Positions 63,043 to 64,000 of a stretch of 64,000 bases of DNA are shown here, in pieces (the first letter of the stretch is position 1; every line of letters starts with the position of its first letter). Position numbers and translations under genes: made by a program. Source of the DNA: Stegostoma tigrinum (lineage: Eukaryota); assembly GCF_030684315.1 (NCBI RefSeq), contig NC_081396.1, positions 9,353,628-9,417,627 of the forward strand, written 5' to 3'. The notes under the pieces were generated by a model that saw nothing but the letters and a program-made list of their open reading frames with translations, ran no database searches and was not told where the DNA came from.

Positions 63043-64000
63043 TTGCACACCAGACATGCTCATCTACCATTCCAAGTATTTTCACAAAGTCAAAAACTTT
63101 GCACTCAACATTTAGAAGCTGGAGGCAGTTTATTCCTGCGCGGTTTAAGATCACACACAAAGGGTACTACTCCCACATGGTACAAAATTGTAAACAAATG
63201 CCATTACCTTCTATATACAGAATCAACGAAAACAATTTGAACAAATTTTACATATTTGACATTCTTCTGCAATAACATCCCAAAAGATTTCTCCTGTAAA
63301 GTCATTGACATGCAGCAGACAAGCAGCACCCTGCAAATCCAACTCCAGACCATGAGTGACACTATTCTTTCGGTTTGTGTGAACCAACTGCTCAGAAGGA
63401 CAGGAGCAAATTTCTGCAGATGCTGAAGTCTGTATTGAAAACAAAAATGCTGGCGATAATAGGGGCTAGGTAGCATCCGTGGAGAGAAAGCAAGCCAACT
63501 TTTGAATATAGATGATTCTTCATCAAAGCTGAAGAGGTCAAAAGGGTCAAAAACTGTTTCGGTTCTCGAGAAAAATGCTCCAGAAGTACGATCTGGTTTG
63601 ATGTGTATCCGCATATAATGATCAAAACCTTTTATTTTGAAGAAGAAATCTTATTGTAAACACAGTTTTAATGAGTCAACTTATCCGTCCTGAAGAAGGG
63701 TAATACCCAAAAAAGTTAACTGCTCCTTTTCTCCAGATGCTGCCTGGCCTGCTGTGTTCTTCAAGCCTCCCGTTTATCTAACTTTACTGTAGGCCTCGGA
63801 CTTGAATTCTACACGGATTTCCCTTACCATTAAACACAACGCCTATGAGTCAGCATTTTAAAGGACATCTTGACCTTTCCTTTTGTGTGGATTGTCATTC
63901 AGTGTAGATGAGAAACTGTTAGCACTTCTTTTACCTTGATTACTGATGACAAGATCTCAAGTTGACAAAGTTCCTAACACTGTAGTCACAACCAATAATC

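Larger units (their letters stand above)
56545..64000 (+). repeat. Segmental duplication, copy B (paralogous to 1830-9140); runs off the window end
   Basis: Colinear DeuSINE (56805-57135), fold-back (58015-58202), CR1 (59320-59930) and unique sequence. Extra ~1.5 kb at 61370-62845 and an extra PLE at 60241-60779. Confidence 0.93.

Overview
Vertebrate genomic DNA, almost certainly from a shark or other elasmobranch: it carries HE1-type V-SINEs, Deu-domain SINEs, CR1 LINEs and a GPR139-like receptor family. Host genes found: (1) an intact T-cell-receptor alpha/delta-type V segment (12132-12457) with a perfect 23-bp-spacer RAG recombination signal (12458-12496); (2) two intact, co-oriented, two-exon GPR139-like class A GPCR genes (16283-21332 and 47169-49990). 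A block at about 1.8-9.1 kb recurs about 54.7 kb later (56.5-64.0 kb), and a remnant of it sits at 45.6-45.9 kb. The V segment and GPCRs therefore appear to lie in a tandemly amplified array. The rest is mostly decayed retroelements. The dominant ones are Neptune-type Penelope-like elements (PLE; RT plus GIY-YIG endonuclease) whose terminal repeats contain minimal hammerhead ribozymes. They have left more than 20 short terminal-repeat copies, many of them fold-back hairpins with target-site duplications (TSDs), plus one 2.8-kb head-to-head insertion. Also present: two Gmr1-like Gypsy remnants, a clean solo LTR, a TATA-containing ~100-bp tandem repeat and a decayed tRNA-Ser copy. All comparisons were done by eye; repeat boundaries are approximate unless a TSD is quoted.
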